From contig JBLDXI010000007.1 of the NCBI GenBank assembly GCA_047495785.1, positions 3,224,001 to 3,288,000 on the forward strand: 64,000 nucleotides of DNA, in the 5' to 3' direction. Made by a program: the position numbers and the translations under genes. This document shows, in pieces, positions 45,188 through 57,196 of the stretch (position 1 is its first letter; each line of letters starts with the position of its first letter). This DNA comes from Lepidodermella squamata (Eukaryota; Animalia; Gastrotricha). The notes under the pieces are model-generated. The model was not told the DNA's origin and made no database searches. It saw only the letters and a program-made list of their open reading frames with translations.

Positions 45188-47617
45188 TTATTGAATAGAG
45201 GATAATCTGCCTCTGAAGGGTGTCAAGTTACTCGGAGAAATAAGAGCTGAATTTCTACTGGACGCTGGTATTGTGAGTTTGCTGGTAGCCGGTAGAAGTG
45301 ACGGTCGCATTTCTTGATGTTTCGTTGCCAAACCAGTCAAAAAGGAAATCGAGAACGATGTAATTGAATACAAAAGCAGAGCCACGGCCATAACCGTGCT
45401 TTGACTTGTTGATTTTCCATCGAAGCCGAGCAGCGCCAAAATTGTGCAAGAAAACAATCCCAGCGAGTTAATCTGAGCGTTTCTTATATAACCTAGCTCA
45501 GGAAGTATTGTTAGGACTCCTGGTATGGATGCTGTGTATCGGAGGGAGTAACTAAGAAATAAGCCACCAAGGATGAGAAACCCTTGAATCGCCCCAAGAA
45601 CTGACAACCAACTAGCTCGATTTAGAGATGAGCAAATTCCCTCGCTCAAAAACACGACAGTATCATTCTCCGGCTCGTATTTAGGCGGGAGGCTTCGCAA
45701 CAAGAAATCGAAAGGATCAGTCGCAAACCAAGCTGTGAGAAGCACTAAATTAGCTAGGATGAATGCCATCGTCATCCAAACTGCGTATCTGTCATTCCGA
45801 TTTGCAATTCTCGATGGATAAACATTCTTCAGCAAGTTTATATGCGAAAGTGAAGAATTTCGAGGAATATTTGTAGGGCCGGGCGTTGAAACCGCTATTT
45901 TACCATGCAGCTCTCGCCGAATCAGTCCTGTCCGAAAGAAATTCACTCCGTTAATAACACTCAGAGAGACCGTTGCCATTGCAATCGAAATATAGCATGC
46001 TATCGTATTAAGATAACTCCCAACGTCATCTGCAGCCATACCTAGGGCAAACGTGATAGACGTTACGTTGAGCAGGGCACATCCAATAAAAATTGTTATT
46101 TGGCAATATTTCGAATTAGGCTCTATTTTCGAACGGAAAGCAATAATTGCCGAGATAGTTTGACAGACGGTTATTACTATCGATAGGACGCAAGTTGTGA
46201 TTAAAACAGCATCGTGCACGTCATGCGTGATATTTCGGAAGCGAGGAAAGGAATTAGGCGCGACGCTCCCTCCCTGCCAATCCATCGATTTCAACTGAAC
46301 CAGCGTCCATTCTTCGTAATTAGACACGTTCACCCCATTCAAGATTTTGAAGTGATACTCGAGCTTATTGTTCCATTTTGCGACAAAAATTGGGTAACCA
46401 TCCATTTCAAGACGTTTCGACCACGCTTCATAGCCGTAGCGAAGGCTCCAGAAGTCTGTTGTAGCTATCGTGTGGTTAATTAACTGCCTGATTCGCTTCT
46501 TATCCCATTTATAATCAGCTAAAGTGAGATTACGTTGATTCAGCAGCGTTTCAGATCTATGCAAGACCAAAATAGCTTCCATCATTACGTCATGACACTG
46601 ATGCCGCCGCGGGAAGTCAGCAATATCGTTGAATTTGCCTTCCGTGTAATTTTGAAACATGACCTCAAATCGATCGTTATTATACCCTAGAGACGTAACA
46701 CTATTGTTTTCGACAAAAGTTGGCATCGGGCCGAGATAAATTGTATACTTCAATTGTTCCAGTAATACCTCCCGGGTACATTGGCGTTTCGAATCTAGGA
46801 TAACAGGAAGAGAGTAAGGATCTTCAAAGGCAGCAGTCAGGGCGATGAAAGCGTATTTCGACCCTGTGATCCCATTTCGATAAGCAGCACAAAGCAGGTC
46901 AACCAAAGCCTCCCAATGGCTGAAATCAGCAATGATAATTCGGTTGTAACTCTCTCGCAAGCTGATCATATCTTCGTCCTCGATCTCGCCATCGATAACT
47001 TCAGCCCAGCTGACGTTAATCCCAACGTCATCACTTAGTTCGAGAAATGACCTTGCGTTATAAAAATCATAAGGTTCGCTTGAGCTGATAACAGCTGCGT
47101 GGGACCAATTAGCGACCTGTTTCATGAATTTCACCCTAGCAGCGATGACATTCTCCGCTGGAGCTTGGAGTCTGTATAGATAGGAATAGTATTTCCTTTT
47201 TGAGGTAAAAACTTCGGAATCACAGCCAATAGTAACAGAGACCATGTCAAGTGGTGTCAACATCGCTGCGTATGATTCACAGCCAACTGAAGAAATCGGG
47301 CCGATTGTTACTGGCGATTGGAGTTCGTTGGTCTCTTGCTCAAAATAACGAGCAAACTCCGTGAGTTTTCGAGGAGAATTACTTCCATCGAGAGCTTCGT
47401 CCTCTAATTTCAGTTTGATGGAATAAGTTTGAAGCAAGTCTTGCCGGGAGTTGACAAGGTCTACGACGAACTGCATCGCAGCAGCGCAAGTTTGACCATT
47501 CTCCGGCTCGCTTCCAGTGAAGGGCACCAGTGCCATCATTACAAGGCTTTTCTGCTTCTCTGAATACCCAGTTCCTAACAATATTAAGCTCGGCAATATT
47601 GCCAGAATACGAAACAT
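45188..47617 (-). CDS. Intronless GABA-B-like class C GPCR, subfamily B copy 1
   Basis: 809 aa: signal, VFT (ALVPFTG, IGPISSVGC, GITGSKYAFI), 7TM with LTAWFATDP and ECL2 Cys. Confidence 0.85.
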   Translation of the reverse strand: MFRILAILPSLILLGTGYSEKQKSLVMMALVPFTGSEPENGQTCAAAMQFVVDLVNSRQDLLQTYSIKLKLEDEALDGSNSPRKLTEFARYFEQETNELQSPVTIGPISSVGCESYAAMLTPLDMVSVTIGCDSEVFTSKRKYYSYLYRLQAPAENVIAARVKFMKQVANWSHAAVISSSEPYDFYNARSFLELSDDVGINVSWAEVIDGEIEDEDMISLRESYNRIIIADFSHWEALVDLLCAAYRNGITGSKYAFIALTAAFEDPYSLPVILDSKRQCTREVLLEQLKYTIYLGPMPTFVENNSVTSLGYNNDRFEVMFQNYTEGKFNDIADFPRRHQCHDVMMEAILVLHRSETLLNQRNLTLADYKWDKKRIRQLINHTIATTDFWSLRYGYEAWSKRLEMDGYPIFVAKWNNKLEYHFKILNGVNVSNYEEWTLVQLKSMDWQGGSVAPNSFPRFRNITHDVHDAVLITTCVLSIVITVCQTISAIIAFRSKIEPNSKYCQITIFIGCALLNVTSITFALGMAADDVGSYLNTIACYISIAMATVSLSVINGVNFFRTGLIRRELHGKIAVSTPGPTNIPRNSSLSHINLLKNVYPSRIANRNDRYAVWMTMAFILANLVLLTAWFATDPFDFLLRSLPPKYEPENDTVVFLSEGICSSLNRASWLSVLGAIQGFLILGGLFLSYSLRYTASIPGVLTILPELGYIRNAQINSLGLFSCTILALLGFDGKSTSQSTVMAVALLLYSITSFSISFLTGLATKHQEMRPSLLPATSKLTIPASSRNSALISPSNLTPFRGRLSSIQ

Positions 47618-47851
47618 GACGATATATCACAATTTCTTAATGTGCTTCGTAAATAGACTCATTTTTTATAGCTTTTACTGCATTCCTCGCTACCGGATGA
47701 GGATGCACATTTAGCTAAGATCGATTCAAATGAGGGTTTCAAATTACAGGTCACGCGCAACTACGCAGCTCAAAAATAACGTCAACCCAAACAAAAGTGT
47801 CAGTTTAGTTTGTCAATATCCCAATATCTGTATGAAGCCGACAGGCCGATA

Positions 47852-48023
47852 TTTAGGTCGTCCTGCTTAACTGTCGGGCTGAACTATTGCGCTGATAGGG
47901 CTCGCCCTCTTCCATAGGCTCTTCATCCAGAGGTGGCAAATGCTCCTATTGTGGCGCTTGGATCGGTTCCGGAAGTACGCCTTTAGAGATTGGTCTCATA
48001 GCTAATCTCAGTCTGAGGAACGA
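47852..48023 (-). pseudogene. Duplicated, decayed 3' end of the K2P gene
   Basis: Aligns to 54781-54951 (gtggcgcttggatcggttccgg, ggtctcatagct, agtctgagg); contains an in-frame TAG. Confidence 0.8.
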
Positions 48024-48872
48024 AGTAAGTAGTTCTAACAATTTAAAACAAAAGCGCTTGCAATCACGTTTTGCCTTCATTATAATTTCATGACCGGAAT
48101 TGCTCTAAATTCTGAACCGTGCGATTTTGCCTGGCGCGCTGCTAGTCAGGCTAGTCACGAACCCGATGTATATTTCTGCGAAATAAGGTACTGTGAGTAA
48201 TTAGGGCTGAATTATCGCGCTGGCTAAAATTTCGAATGCGGAAATGTCGTCTTTGAAATAAAAATGTTGGGTTAAAACGTCGCTCGCTGAATTGTCGCTT
48301 TTCTTTATTCAAAAATGGGCTCTTATTTCGCGAGCTGAAATGTCATACGACCACCCTATCACATAAATTTCCAGACATGAAGAACAAAGTCTTACCCGTC
48401 GGATTAGTACCGGAAAGCGCTTTTAGGAAGTAAACAAAATGGCACATCGCGGTTTTTTCAATTCGACAGCCAAAGAAGAAGACTAAGCAATTTTATCAGG
48501 ACAAAGTGTACAATTTGTCTCGACACAACTGGGCTCGCTGATCGGGGTTTGGCCGGTAAGATGAACCATGATTTGATTGATGCAACTTTATGGCTCAATA
48601 AATCACAATAATATAACGTGTCCAGCCCGCTGAATTTCCCGAAGAAATATCCCTAGCAAAATAAACGATCATTTCAAACATCCCATATCGGCACGAAAAA
48701 GCTGAAATTAATTAGCTGAAAAACGAAAAAAAACAGCGTTTTAAACTATTTTGGTCTTGAATAGAAGATGTTAAAACGTTTTTTAGCGTGTCGTATGATT
48801 CAAGCTTCAACTGAAAACATCATTACAATTCTTGACGGTTGATGGTGGAATGGCTTCTAATGACTAAATGAA

Positions 48873-50122
48873 TAGTAGTATCAGTATAGTTCCCTAGCGG
48901 GGCGCACTGCCTCCTCGCATGCTCTTCTCCACTGGTCCCGGTCCCTGTCCAAGACCTGAGCCGATGCCCAGCTCAGCCCCATGCTGCGCAGGTCATTTTC
49001 AATGGTGGCCCGCCATGTAGTTTTTGGCCGCCGGCTGCCCTGTGGCGTCCACCGAAGGGCAAATCGGGGAGTGCGCCTGTCATCCATTCGCAGCACACCA
49101 TGCCCCATTCAGCGAAGTCGACGGAGTCTGATCTCGTCCGATAAAGGGCGACATTTGCAAATGCGATGGAGCTCCGCATTCGAAACGATCATCGGCCAGA
49201 AGATGCCTTAGATTCGTCGTCGGCATCTGTCCCCCAACTCCCGCCAGCACTCCGAGCCACATAACAAGACGGCTTTGGCAGTGGAATTGTAGATTCGCAC
49301 CTTCGTCTGAAGACCGCTTTCAGCATTTTTCAGACGAGAGGCGATGCCCGCATGAGCTCATTCAAGGCGGATGATACTGCCAAGGTACGGAAACGCTTCT
49401 ACGTCTTCAAGCACCTGATTGTTGATGCTGATCTGCTTCTTGTCGGTTGTCGCGATGAGCATGACCTTAGTCTTAGCGATGTTGATTTCGAGACCGATCG
49501 TTGCCGCGATTTTTTGCAGCCTCGTCGTCTTCGCCTGCAGATGTTGGGCGCAGGTTGCCAGCAGTCGTCGGCAGATCGTCGGCGAAGTCTAGGTCCTGGA
49601 GCTGCGTAAACATCATCCACCTGATCCCGTCATGCTGATCTTTGGTGACCGCACGCATCACGAAATCAATCGCGACGCAAAACAAGATCAGTGACAGGAT
49701 GCAGCCCTGCCTAACACCAAAATTGACTGAAAAACTCCAGCCTCCATCAGTACTCTGCATTCAAAGCCAGAGTAAAACATGGCAATGAGTCGAACAATTT
49801 TGTCGAACAATGCCGTAATGACAGAGGATTCTCCACAAGGTTTCGCGGTGAACGCTATCGAACGCCTTTTTGAAGTCGACGAATTTGATGAGCGCCGGCG
49901 AGTTCCATTGAAGGCATTGCTCCACGACGTTCCGCAGGGCAAATATTTGGTCTATACACCCACGAAGCGAGCGGAAGCCAGCCTGTTCTTCGCGCAACAG
50001 CTTATCCACCTCGTCCCGTATGAACTGACAAAACACCTTGCTGGGAATAGAAAGAAGGGTGATACCATGCCAGTTGTCGCAGCTGGTCAGGTCGCCTTTG
50101 TTCGGGATTCTAACAATCAAAC
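48873..50122 (-). mobile_element. RTE-clade LINE, 3' fragment (RT domain and C-terminus), frameshifted
   Basis: KGDLTSCDNWHGITLLSIPSKVF, EEQAGFR, FVDFKKAFDSVHR, GVRQGCILS, LDFADDL, WMGHVLRM-like and ALRWTPQG segments spread across several frames; short (tac)n tail at ~48873-48880. Confidence 0.92.
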
Positions 50123-50984
50123 CTAAACTAAACTTTATTGGCTTGCAATTATCATAGGCATGATTGTAGCACATCACAGAGGCATACTTATCACAGATCA
50201 CAGACACTCAAGTGTTATTCTAGTGGCTATTGCTGACCGAAGGCAGAGGATGTCGGGTTGCCGCACCGTATAGGGTGTGAATCAGAGGGTGTGATGTCGC
50301 AGATCAACAGGTATTGCTGTCCGTGTCGGCGTCCATCTTTTGCACCATAGAACTTATGCACCGTGCGACACGAGAGTACTGTATGGGCAAGTCATGCCGA
50401 TAGATACAGACTTAACTTTTATGAATATAGATAGCTCAAGTCACGATCTTTGCAACAGTGCCAAATTCAAAATTTTATGACTTTGCTGTGATTTTACTTT
50501 GAATTTTACACAGAAATTGCCATTTTTGAAGAAATAAAAAATGGCAAAAAATTATTCAATGAGTCATGAATATTCTCTCGTATTTTTTTCTGAATAAATC
50601 AGCGTAAATAATTCGGTTCTATTTTTAGAAATTTTTGCTCATTCTGTCAGAAACATCAATTTAGCTAAGTAAATTTAGCTCCCAGCAGGTCATGGTTTAT
50701 ACCGTTACAAAGGTCCTCTCATGTAGAATTCGGCTATGTAAAATTAAATGCGATCCGAAATAAAGGTGAGGTGTGATACGGTACCAACGGGACGAGACTT
50801 CGATTCTTCCCAATGTAATGGGCGCATGCGTAAAAAAGGTTCTCATAAAACGTCATTTTGCGATTTTTTTCTCGCGATTTTTGAACGACTTTACGATCAC
50901 GATTCTTCGGACGGTTTTTTGCGTCCAGCAGGATTTTAATGGAGAGATGCTAGCAGTGTCGAGTCCATACAGTATTAGTCCCAA
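50123..50984. mobile_element. Unrelated ~860-bp insert interrupting the RTE element
   Basis: RTE homology stops on both sides. The left end reads AATAAA-GTTTAG-TTTAG on the minus strand, like a non-LTR 3' tail. Confidence 0.45.
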
Positions 50985-51722
50985 GTTTCAAGCGCGCTGG
51001 CTGTTGTATCAACATCTGCCTTGAGAATTTCGGCCGTGATCGCATCGCATCCGGGAGCTTTCCAGTTTTTCATTGCCAGAATAGCATCCTTGATCTCGCT
51101 AGGAGTTGGGGGTGGTCCGGTCCAGATTTCAAGATCGACTCCTCTGGGCGATGGCTGAGCTTTGATCTCCGGCTCCGGCATGTTGAGCACTCCGTTGAAA
51201 TGCACGACCCACCTTGCCATCTGCTCCCGCTCGGTTATCAGCAACTTGCCTTCTTTTTTTCTGATGTGTGCCGTACAACCGCCCCGCTTTTCGCCTCCAA
51301 GAAGCTTGACGACTTTGTACAGCTTTCTGAGGTCGTTCTTCGCACTTGCTTCTTCCGCTTCTTTCGCTAGCCCGATCACGAACTCACGTTTGTCGTGCCG
51401 AGCGCTTCTCTTAACCTGACTGCAAACATGTTCGTAAGCGGTCTGAGCTTGCTCGGCACGAGTCGAGGTCTTGAGTCGTTCAACTTGCAGACGTGCCCTA
51501 TTAGCGCCCATGTTTAATCGTAGATCCAGGGCTTCTTCACATTCTTCCTCCAGCCCAGGACCACCCCAGCAGATTTCGTGAAGGCTCCCTTAACGAGACG
51601 CGCCACTTCTCTTCCACACCGCCGGCCGTGTTGAGCACGCGGGTCGCCAGTCCGTCAGCTAGACTCCGCGAGAAATTTGCCCGTACTCCAGGATCTTTCA
51701 ACTTGTCAGCGTCGATTATCTT
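50985..51722 (-). mobile_element. RTE-clade LINE, upstream fragment (EN-RT linker), 5'-truncated
   Basis: VKRSARHDKR..LAKEAEEA..DLRKLYKVVK, RWVVHF, EIKDAILAMKNWKAPGCDAITAEILKA. Confidence 0.88.
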
Positions 51723-52119
51723 TGTGCAGGGTGTGCAGAAATATTTCAAACGATTCAATTATTTACTTAATTCCAAAACGTCACAGATCTATCTAATATC
51801 GATGTTAGGTATTTATGATAAATCCCTGAATGGTTCTAAGCCATTGCATGAAGAACATTTACCCTTTGTTCTTGCTTAGTGGTTAGGTTCCAGGATTCAC
51901 AGGCGTAGGAATTACCACACAAAACTTTAACACTTTCAATTTTGTTGCTAGGCTTACTGTTACGCTTACTGTTTTCTGTTACACATCAACTTGTTAAGTG
52001 CACCTAAACAGCTGCCAGCTTTCGTTAGGCGAACTTTGATTTCCTCGTCCATTTTACCGTCTGATGGCTTCTGAATTCAACAATAAAGCATATTTATTTC
52101 TCGAATTTCAAGTAAATTC

Positions 52120-54546
52120 TTATTGCTCATGAAAAGATCGTAGTCCTCTTAATGATGTGAAGTTGCTGTGAGTAATTTGACGTGAATTTGTGTTGGTTGT
52201 TAGCACGGTGAATTTGCTAGTAGTTGGTAAATACGTTATTCGCTTGTCCTGATGCTTCAATATCAAACCAGTCAAAAAACAAAGGCAGGAAGAAGTGATT
52301 GAATAAAGGAGCAGAGCCACGGCCATAACAGTGCTTTGACTCGTAGATTTTCCCTCAAAGCCAAGCAACGCTAAGATTGTACACGAAAACAGTCCCAGCG
52401 AGTTAATCTGGCTGTTTTTCAGATAGCTTAGCTCAGGTATGACTGTTAGGACTCCAGGAATCGATGTCGTATATCGAAGGGAGTAACTGAGGAGCAAGCC
52501 GCCAAGAATGAGGAACCCTTGTAATGCCCCAAAAACTGATAACCAGCTAGCTCGGTTAAGTGATGAGCACGCCCCTTCGCTGAGAAACACAATAGTGTCA
52601 TTCTCCGGTTCGTATTTAGGCGGGAGGCTTCGCAACAGGAAGTCAAAAGGATCAGTCGCAAACCAAGCTGTGAGAAGCACTAAATTAGCTAAGATGAATG
52701 TCATCGTCAACAAAACTGCGTATCTGTCATTTCGGCTTGCAATTCTCGCGGGATAGACATTTTTCAACAAGTTTATATGCGAACTTGATGAAAACACTGG
52801 GGTGCTTCTAGGCGTTGTAATCGCTATTTTACCAAGCATTTCGCGCCGAATCAGTGCTGCTCTGAAGAAATTCATCCCGTGAACCCCACTTAAAGAGACT
52901 GTTGTCATCGCCGTCGAAATATAGCATGCTATCGTATTAAGATAACTCCCAACGTCATCTGCAGCCATACCTAGGGCAAACGTGATAGACGTTACGTTGA
53001 GCAGGGCACATCCAATAAAGGTTGTTATTTGGCAATATTTCGAATTAGGCTCTATTTTCGAACGGAAAGCAATAATTGCCGAGATAGTTTGACAGACGGT
53101 TATTACTATCGAAAGGACGCAAGTTGTGATTAAAACAGCATCGTGCACGTCTTGCGTGATGTTTCGGAAGCGAGGAAAGGAATTAGGCGCGACGCTCCCT
53201 CCCTGCCAATCCATCGATTTCAACTGAACCAGAGTCCATTCTTCGTAATTAGACACGTTCACCCCATTCAAGATTTTGAAGTGATACTCGAGCTTATTGT
53301 TCCATTTTGCGACAAAAATTGGGTAACCATCCATTTCAAGACGTTTCGACCACGCTTCATAGCCGTAGCGAAGGCTCCAGAAGTCTGTTGTAGCTATCGT
53401 GTGGTTAATTAACTGCCTTATTCGACGTTTATCTGTTTTATAATCAGCTAAAGTGAGATTGCGTTGATTCAGCAGCGTTTCAGATCTATGCAAGACCAAA
53501 ATAGCTTCCATCATTACGTCATGACACTGATGCCGCCGCGGGAAGTCAGCAATATCGTTGAATTTGCCTTCCGTGTAATTTTGAAACATGACCTCAAATC
53601 GATCGTTATTATACCCTAGAGACGTAACACTATTGTTTTCGACAAAAGTTGGCATCGGGCCGAGATAAATTGTACACTTCAACTGCTCCAGTAATACCTC
53701 CCGGGTACATTGATGCTTCGAATCGAGGATAACAGGAAGAGAGTAAGGATCTTCAAAGGCAGCAGTCAGGGCGATGAAAGCGTATTTCGACCCTGTGATC
53801 CCATTTCGATAAGCAGCACAAAGCAGGTCAACCAAAGCCTCCCAATGGCTGAAATCAGCAATGATAATTCGGTTGTAACTCTCTCGCAAGCTGATCATAT
53901 CGTCGTCCTCGATCTCGCCATCCATAACTTCAGCCCAGCTGACGTTAATCCCAACGTCATCACTTAGTTCGAGAAATGACCTCGCGTTGTAGAAGTCATA
54001 AGGTTCGCTTGAGCTGATAACAGCTGCATGGGACCAATTAGCGACCTGTTTCATGAATTTCACCCTAGCAGCGATCAGATTCTCAGCAGGCGCTTGAAGT
54101 CTGTAAAGATATGGGAAGTATTTCCGTTTCGAGGTAAAAACTTCCGAATCACATCCAATAGTTACAGATACCATGTTTAGAGGTGTGAGCATTTCCGCGT
54201 AAGATTCGCACCCAAGTGAAGAAACCGGGCCGATAGTTACTGGCGATTGAAGTTCAGTTGTCTCTCGTTCGAAATTACGAACAAACTCGATGAGTTTTTG
54301 AGGAGCATTCCTGCCATCAACAGCTTCGTCCTCTAATATTAGTTTTATTGAATAATTTGGAAGCAAGTCTTGCCGGGAGTTCACAAGTTCTACGACGAAC
54401 TGCATGGCCGCAGCGCAAGTTTGACCGTTCTCCGGCTCGCTTCCAGTGAAGGGGACCAGTGCCATCATTACAAGGCTTTTCTGCTTCTCAGAATGCCCCT
54501 TTTGTAACAGCAGCAAGCTCAGTAATATTTTCAGGATGGAAAGCAT
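52120..54546 (-). CDS. Intronless GABA-B-like class C GPCR, subfamily B copy 2
   Basis: 808 aa, collinear paralogue of 45188-47617. Confidence 0.85.
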   Translation of the reverse strand: MLSILKILLSLLLLQKGHSEKQKSLVMMALVPFTGSEPENGQTCAAAMQFVVELVNSRQDLLPNYSIKLILEDEAVDGRNAPQKLIEFVRNFERETTELQSPVTIGPVSSLGCESYAEMLTPLNMVSVTIGCDSEVFTSKRKYFPYLYRLQAPAENLIAARVKFMKQVANWSHAAVISSSEPYDFYNARSFLELSDDVGINVSWAEVMDGEIEDDDMISLRESYNRIIIADFSHWEALVDLLCAAYRNGITGSKYAFIALTAAFEDPYSLPVILDSKHQCTREVLLEQLKCTIYLGPMPTFVENNSVTSLGYNNDRFEVMFQNYTEGKFNDIADFPRRHQCHDVMMEAILVLHRSETLLNQRNLTLADYKTDKRRIRQLINHTIATTDFWSLRYGYEAWSKRLEMDGYPIFVAKWNNKLEYHFKILNGVNVSNYEEWTLVQLKSMDWQGGSVAPNSFPRFRNITQDVHDAVLITTCVLSIVITVCQTISAIIAFRSKIEPNSKYCQITTFIGCALLNVTSITFALGMAADDVGSYLNTIACYISTAMTTVSLSGVHGMNFFRAALIRREMLGKIAITTPRSTPVFSSSSHINLLKNVYPARIASRNDRYAVLLTMTFILANLVLLTAWFATDPFDFLLRSLPPKYEPENDTIVFLSEGACSSLNRASWLSVFGALQGFLILGGLLLSYSLRYTTSIPGVLTVIPELSYLKNSQINSLGLFSCTILALLGFEGKSTSQSTVMAVALLLYSITSSCLCFLTGLILKHQDKRITYLPTTSKFTVLTTNTNSRQITHSNFTSLRGLRSFHEQ

Positions 54547-54780
54547 GGCGATTTTAAAATTTTATAATTACTTTTGTAAATACGCCCATTATTTATGGCG
54601 TCTACAACATTCCTTACAAACGGATGTGGATGCACTCTCAGTGGAAATCGATTAGAACGCTTGAAGTGCGGTTTCATATTACTTGTCACTAGCTCCTACG
54701 CATCTCAAATTATATTCACTGTCAAAACAAAAGTTTCAGTTTAGTTTGTCAACATCCGCCTGAAGGCGAACAGTCGGTAT

Positions 54781-57096
54781 TCAGGTCGTCCTGCTCATCG
54801 GGCGGGCTGACGTATTTCCCTGACTAAGCTCGCCTCCTTCATTTGGCTCTTCATCAAGAGGTGGCAAGTGTTCCTCCTGTGGCGCTTGGATCGGTTCCGG
54901 TAGTACGCTTTTAGAGACTGGTCTCATAGCTGATTTTAGTCTGAGGGACGATATAGGACGAGGCACTTCAGGCTCGACAGCCGGGTCATCAATTCTTGTT
55001 ATTGTCGAGACAGGCCTCATCATTGGTGTAGACAGATGTTGGAGAGATGAAGCAGGGCGACTGGGCTGGTCCTCTCTCAGAGCTGACACTGGTCGCATCA
55101 TCGGATGTGCAAGTTGTTCAAGAGAAGATGCCGGGCGTTGCTCAGGTAATATTTCAGCTGGCATCGGAAATTCTTTGTCTAGGGCTGATTTCAAGGCCGC
55201 AGTCGTTGGTCTCAGTAGATCAGCCTCCTCATCGTCCCAATTCATCAAACCATGGTCCATCAGGTTCGCGCTTGATTTAGGACGCTGCATCGCTGGATCG
55301 AACCCGGCAGATGGAGGGATAGGAATCAATTGAGGCTGCGGTGGTACAGCCATGAGCTGAGGAGGAGGTGGCCGCATCATGTTAGGCATCGCGTACCAAT
55401 TTCCAGGACCTGGAGGACCGTTAGGGAAATACAGATTTTGATTCGGATATTTCCTACGAGCCTCTTCTTCGTCATCATCTGAATCATCGCTAGAAGATGC
55501 TGTCGATTCCTCTTCGTGCTCATCTTCATGCTCATCTTCTTTCTTCTCTTCTCTATTTGGAAACAACAAAAATTTATTCAAGAATTAAATATTTAGTCGT
55601 ACCTGAAATATTTCAGCAGGCTGGTGATTTTATCTGCAACATTTTCCTAAAAGGATAAATTATGTGGTGGGAATGTGTTAAGGAAGCTCGCCGCATACCT
55701 GTATCATTTGGAGGGAAATAGAAAGCATCAACATGCCACAGATGATGAAAAGCCACAAGAGACCAAATTTCAAAGGAACGTGCCGTTCAGTGTTCGTATT
55801 CACTAAACCGGGTACCAAGTCCCCAAAACCGATCGTAGCTGTTGTGATGAACTGTAGCAATCAAGAAATTGAAATAATTATTTCAAAAAAATGGGGAAGG
55901 CCTACCGAGAAGTAAACAGCATCAACGAAGGTCCAGCTCTCTGTCCATGAGAAAAGGGACGCGCCGAAAATAATCGCGCTGAGAAGGTTATAATTTACAG
56001 TTATACTCCGTCAAAGCAATGTACATACCTGAGTAACAAGAGAAGTGACACGGATACCGGTACGTGTTCAGTCTCAGCTAGCTCGTCTTCAGCATCGTCC
56101 TCCGATGAACTTCCACCCGAACTGTCCTCCAATGCTTCAATGAAAACATTGGGAGGAGCATCTGGCTCAGTTCGCCACTGCGCAATCATTCGAGCCTTCA
56201 TTTCTCTCTGCATCGCATGGTCTATCTTCCTTTTCCTACAGGTGCCACAGCAACACACGCTGTGATAAACATATCGAACCATCGTGCAAAGGAAACTACC
56301 GACATTTGCTAGAGACGCCAGGTACATAGGCATGCCAATCAGGGCGTAGCATATGACGACAATCTGACCCCAAGTGGTTTTCGGGGCGATGTGGCCGTAA
56401 CCAATCGATGTAACGACAGTTAGGCAAAATAGCGCTGAGTTGCTAAAGGTCCATTCCCTCTGTACAGTTTCACACTCATTTCCTGACCATGATGAGTTTT
56501 TGAAGGCTCCTATGAAGGTGTCCAATGTGAGTCGGTACTGCTCTAAGCGATCGGTAGGCGATAGCTGGAAATTGCTGGAGATCGAATCGATAGCTTCTTT
56601 TGCCTTGTCCAAGCCCGATCGGTATTTGTTTCGATTCTATTTCGATCATAACAGAGTCATGAGCTGGCATGAAGTATAGGAAGGTTATACCGATTTACAG
56701 GACTCGAGCTCGTTGAATTCTTCCATTGAACTGAACATGTAACCACCCAACAGGCAGAACAGGATTGTACCGAGTAGAATGCCGAAGGTTGAACCCATGG
56801 TTTTCATTATCCCTCGAAATCTTTCCCGCTTCCATTTGCCTATCAGATACTATAAAACATATAGCAAATAGGCTTTACAGGATGAAATATCTTACCTGAT
56901 CGTCCAGATAGAAGTAGACCGTTTCTTCATCAGCGTATTGAGATTTGAAGTCGACTTTAATTTTCGTTGGATCTTCCTCATAAGAAATGTTGTCGCCGAA
57001 AGCTGTTGAATCTTCAAATTGTTCCCGAGAAAAATCTACTCTTGTTTTAGGACCATCCAGCCCAACAGTGTGAGTCAAGGCGTATTCAGCCGTCAT
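54781..57096 (-). CDS. Two-pore-domain potassium channel (K2P/TWK-like), multi-exon
   Basis: WTFSNSALFCLTVVTSIGYGHIAPKT (P1), WTFVDAVYF..FITTATIGFGDLVP (P2), 4 TM, long Pro-rich tail. Confidence 0.92.
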
Positions 57097-57196
57097 TTTG
57101 CTTTTCAGCTCTTAGAAAAATAAGAATGCAAGCTCCTTGAAGAGATTATTTATTATTCAAGACGTTATCACGCCGTTTATCACACGTTTTCATCAG

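Noticed and set aside
48881-51758. Reverse transcriptase as a domesticated gene or retron
   Set aside because: Multiple frameshifts, truncation and interruption; ordinary dead RTE LINE.
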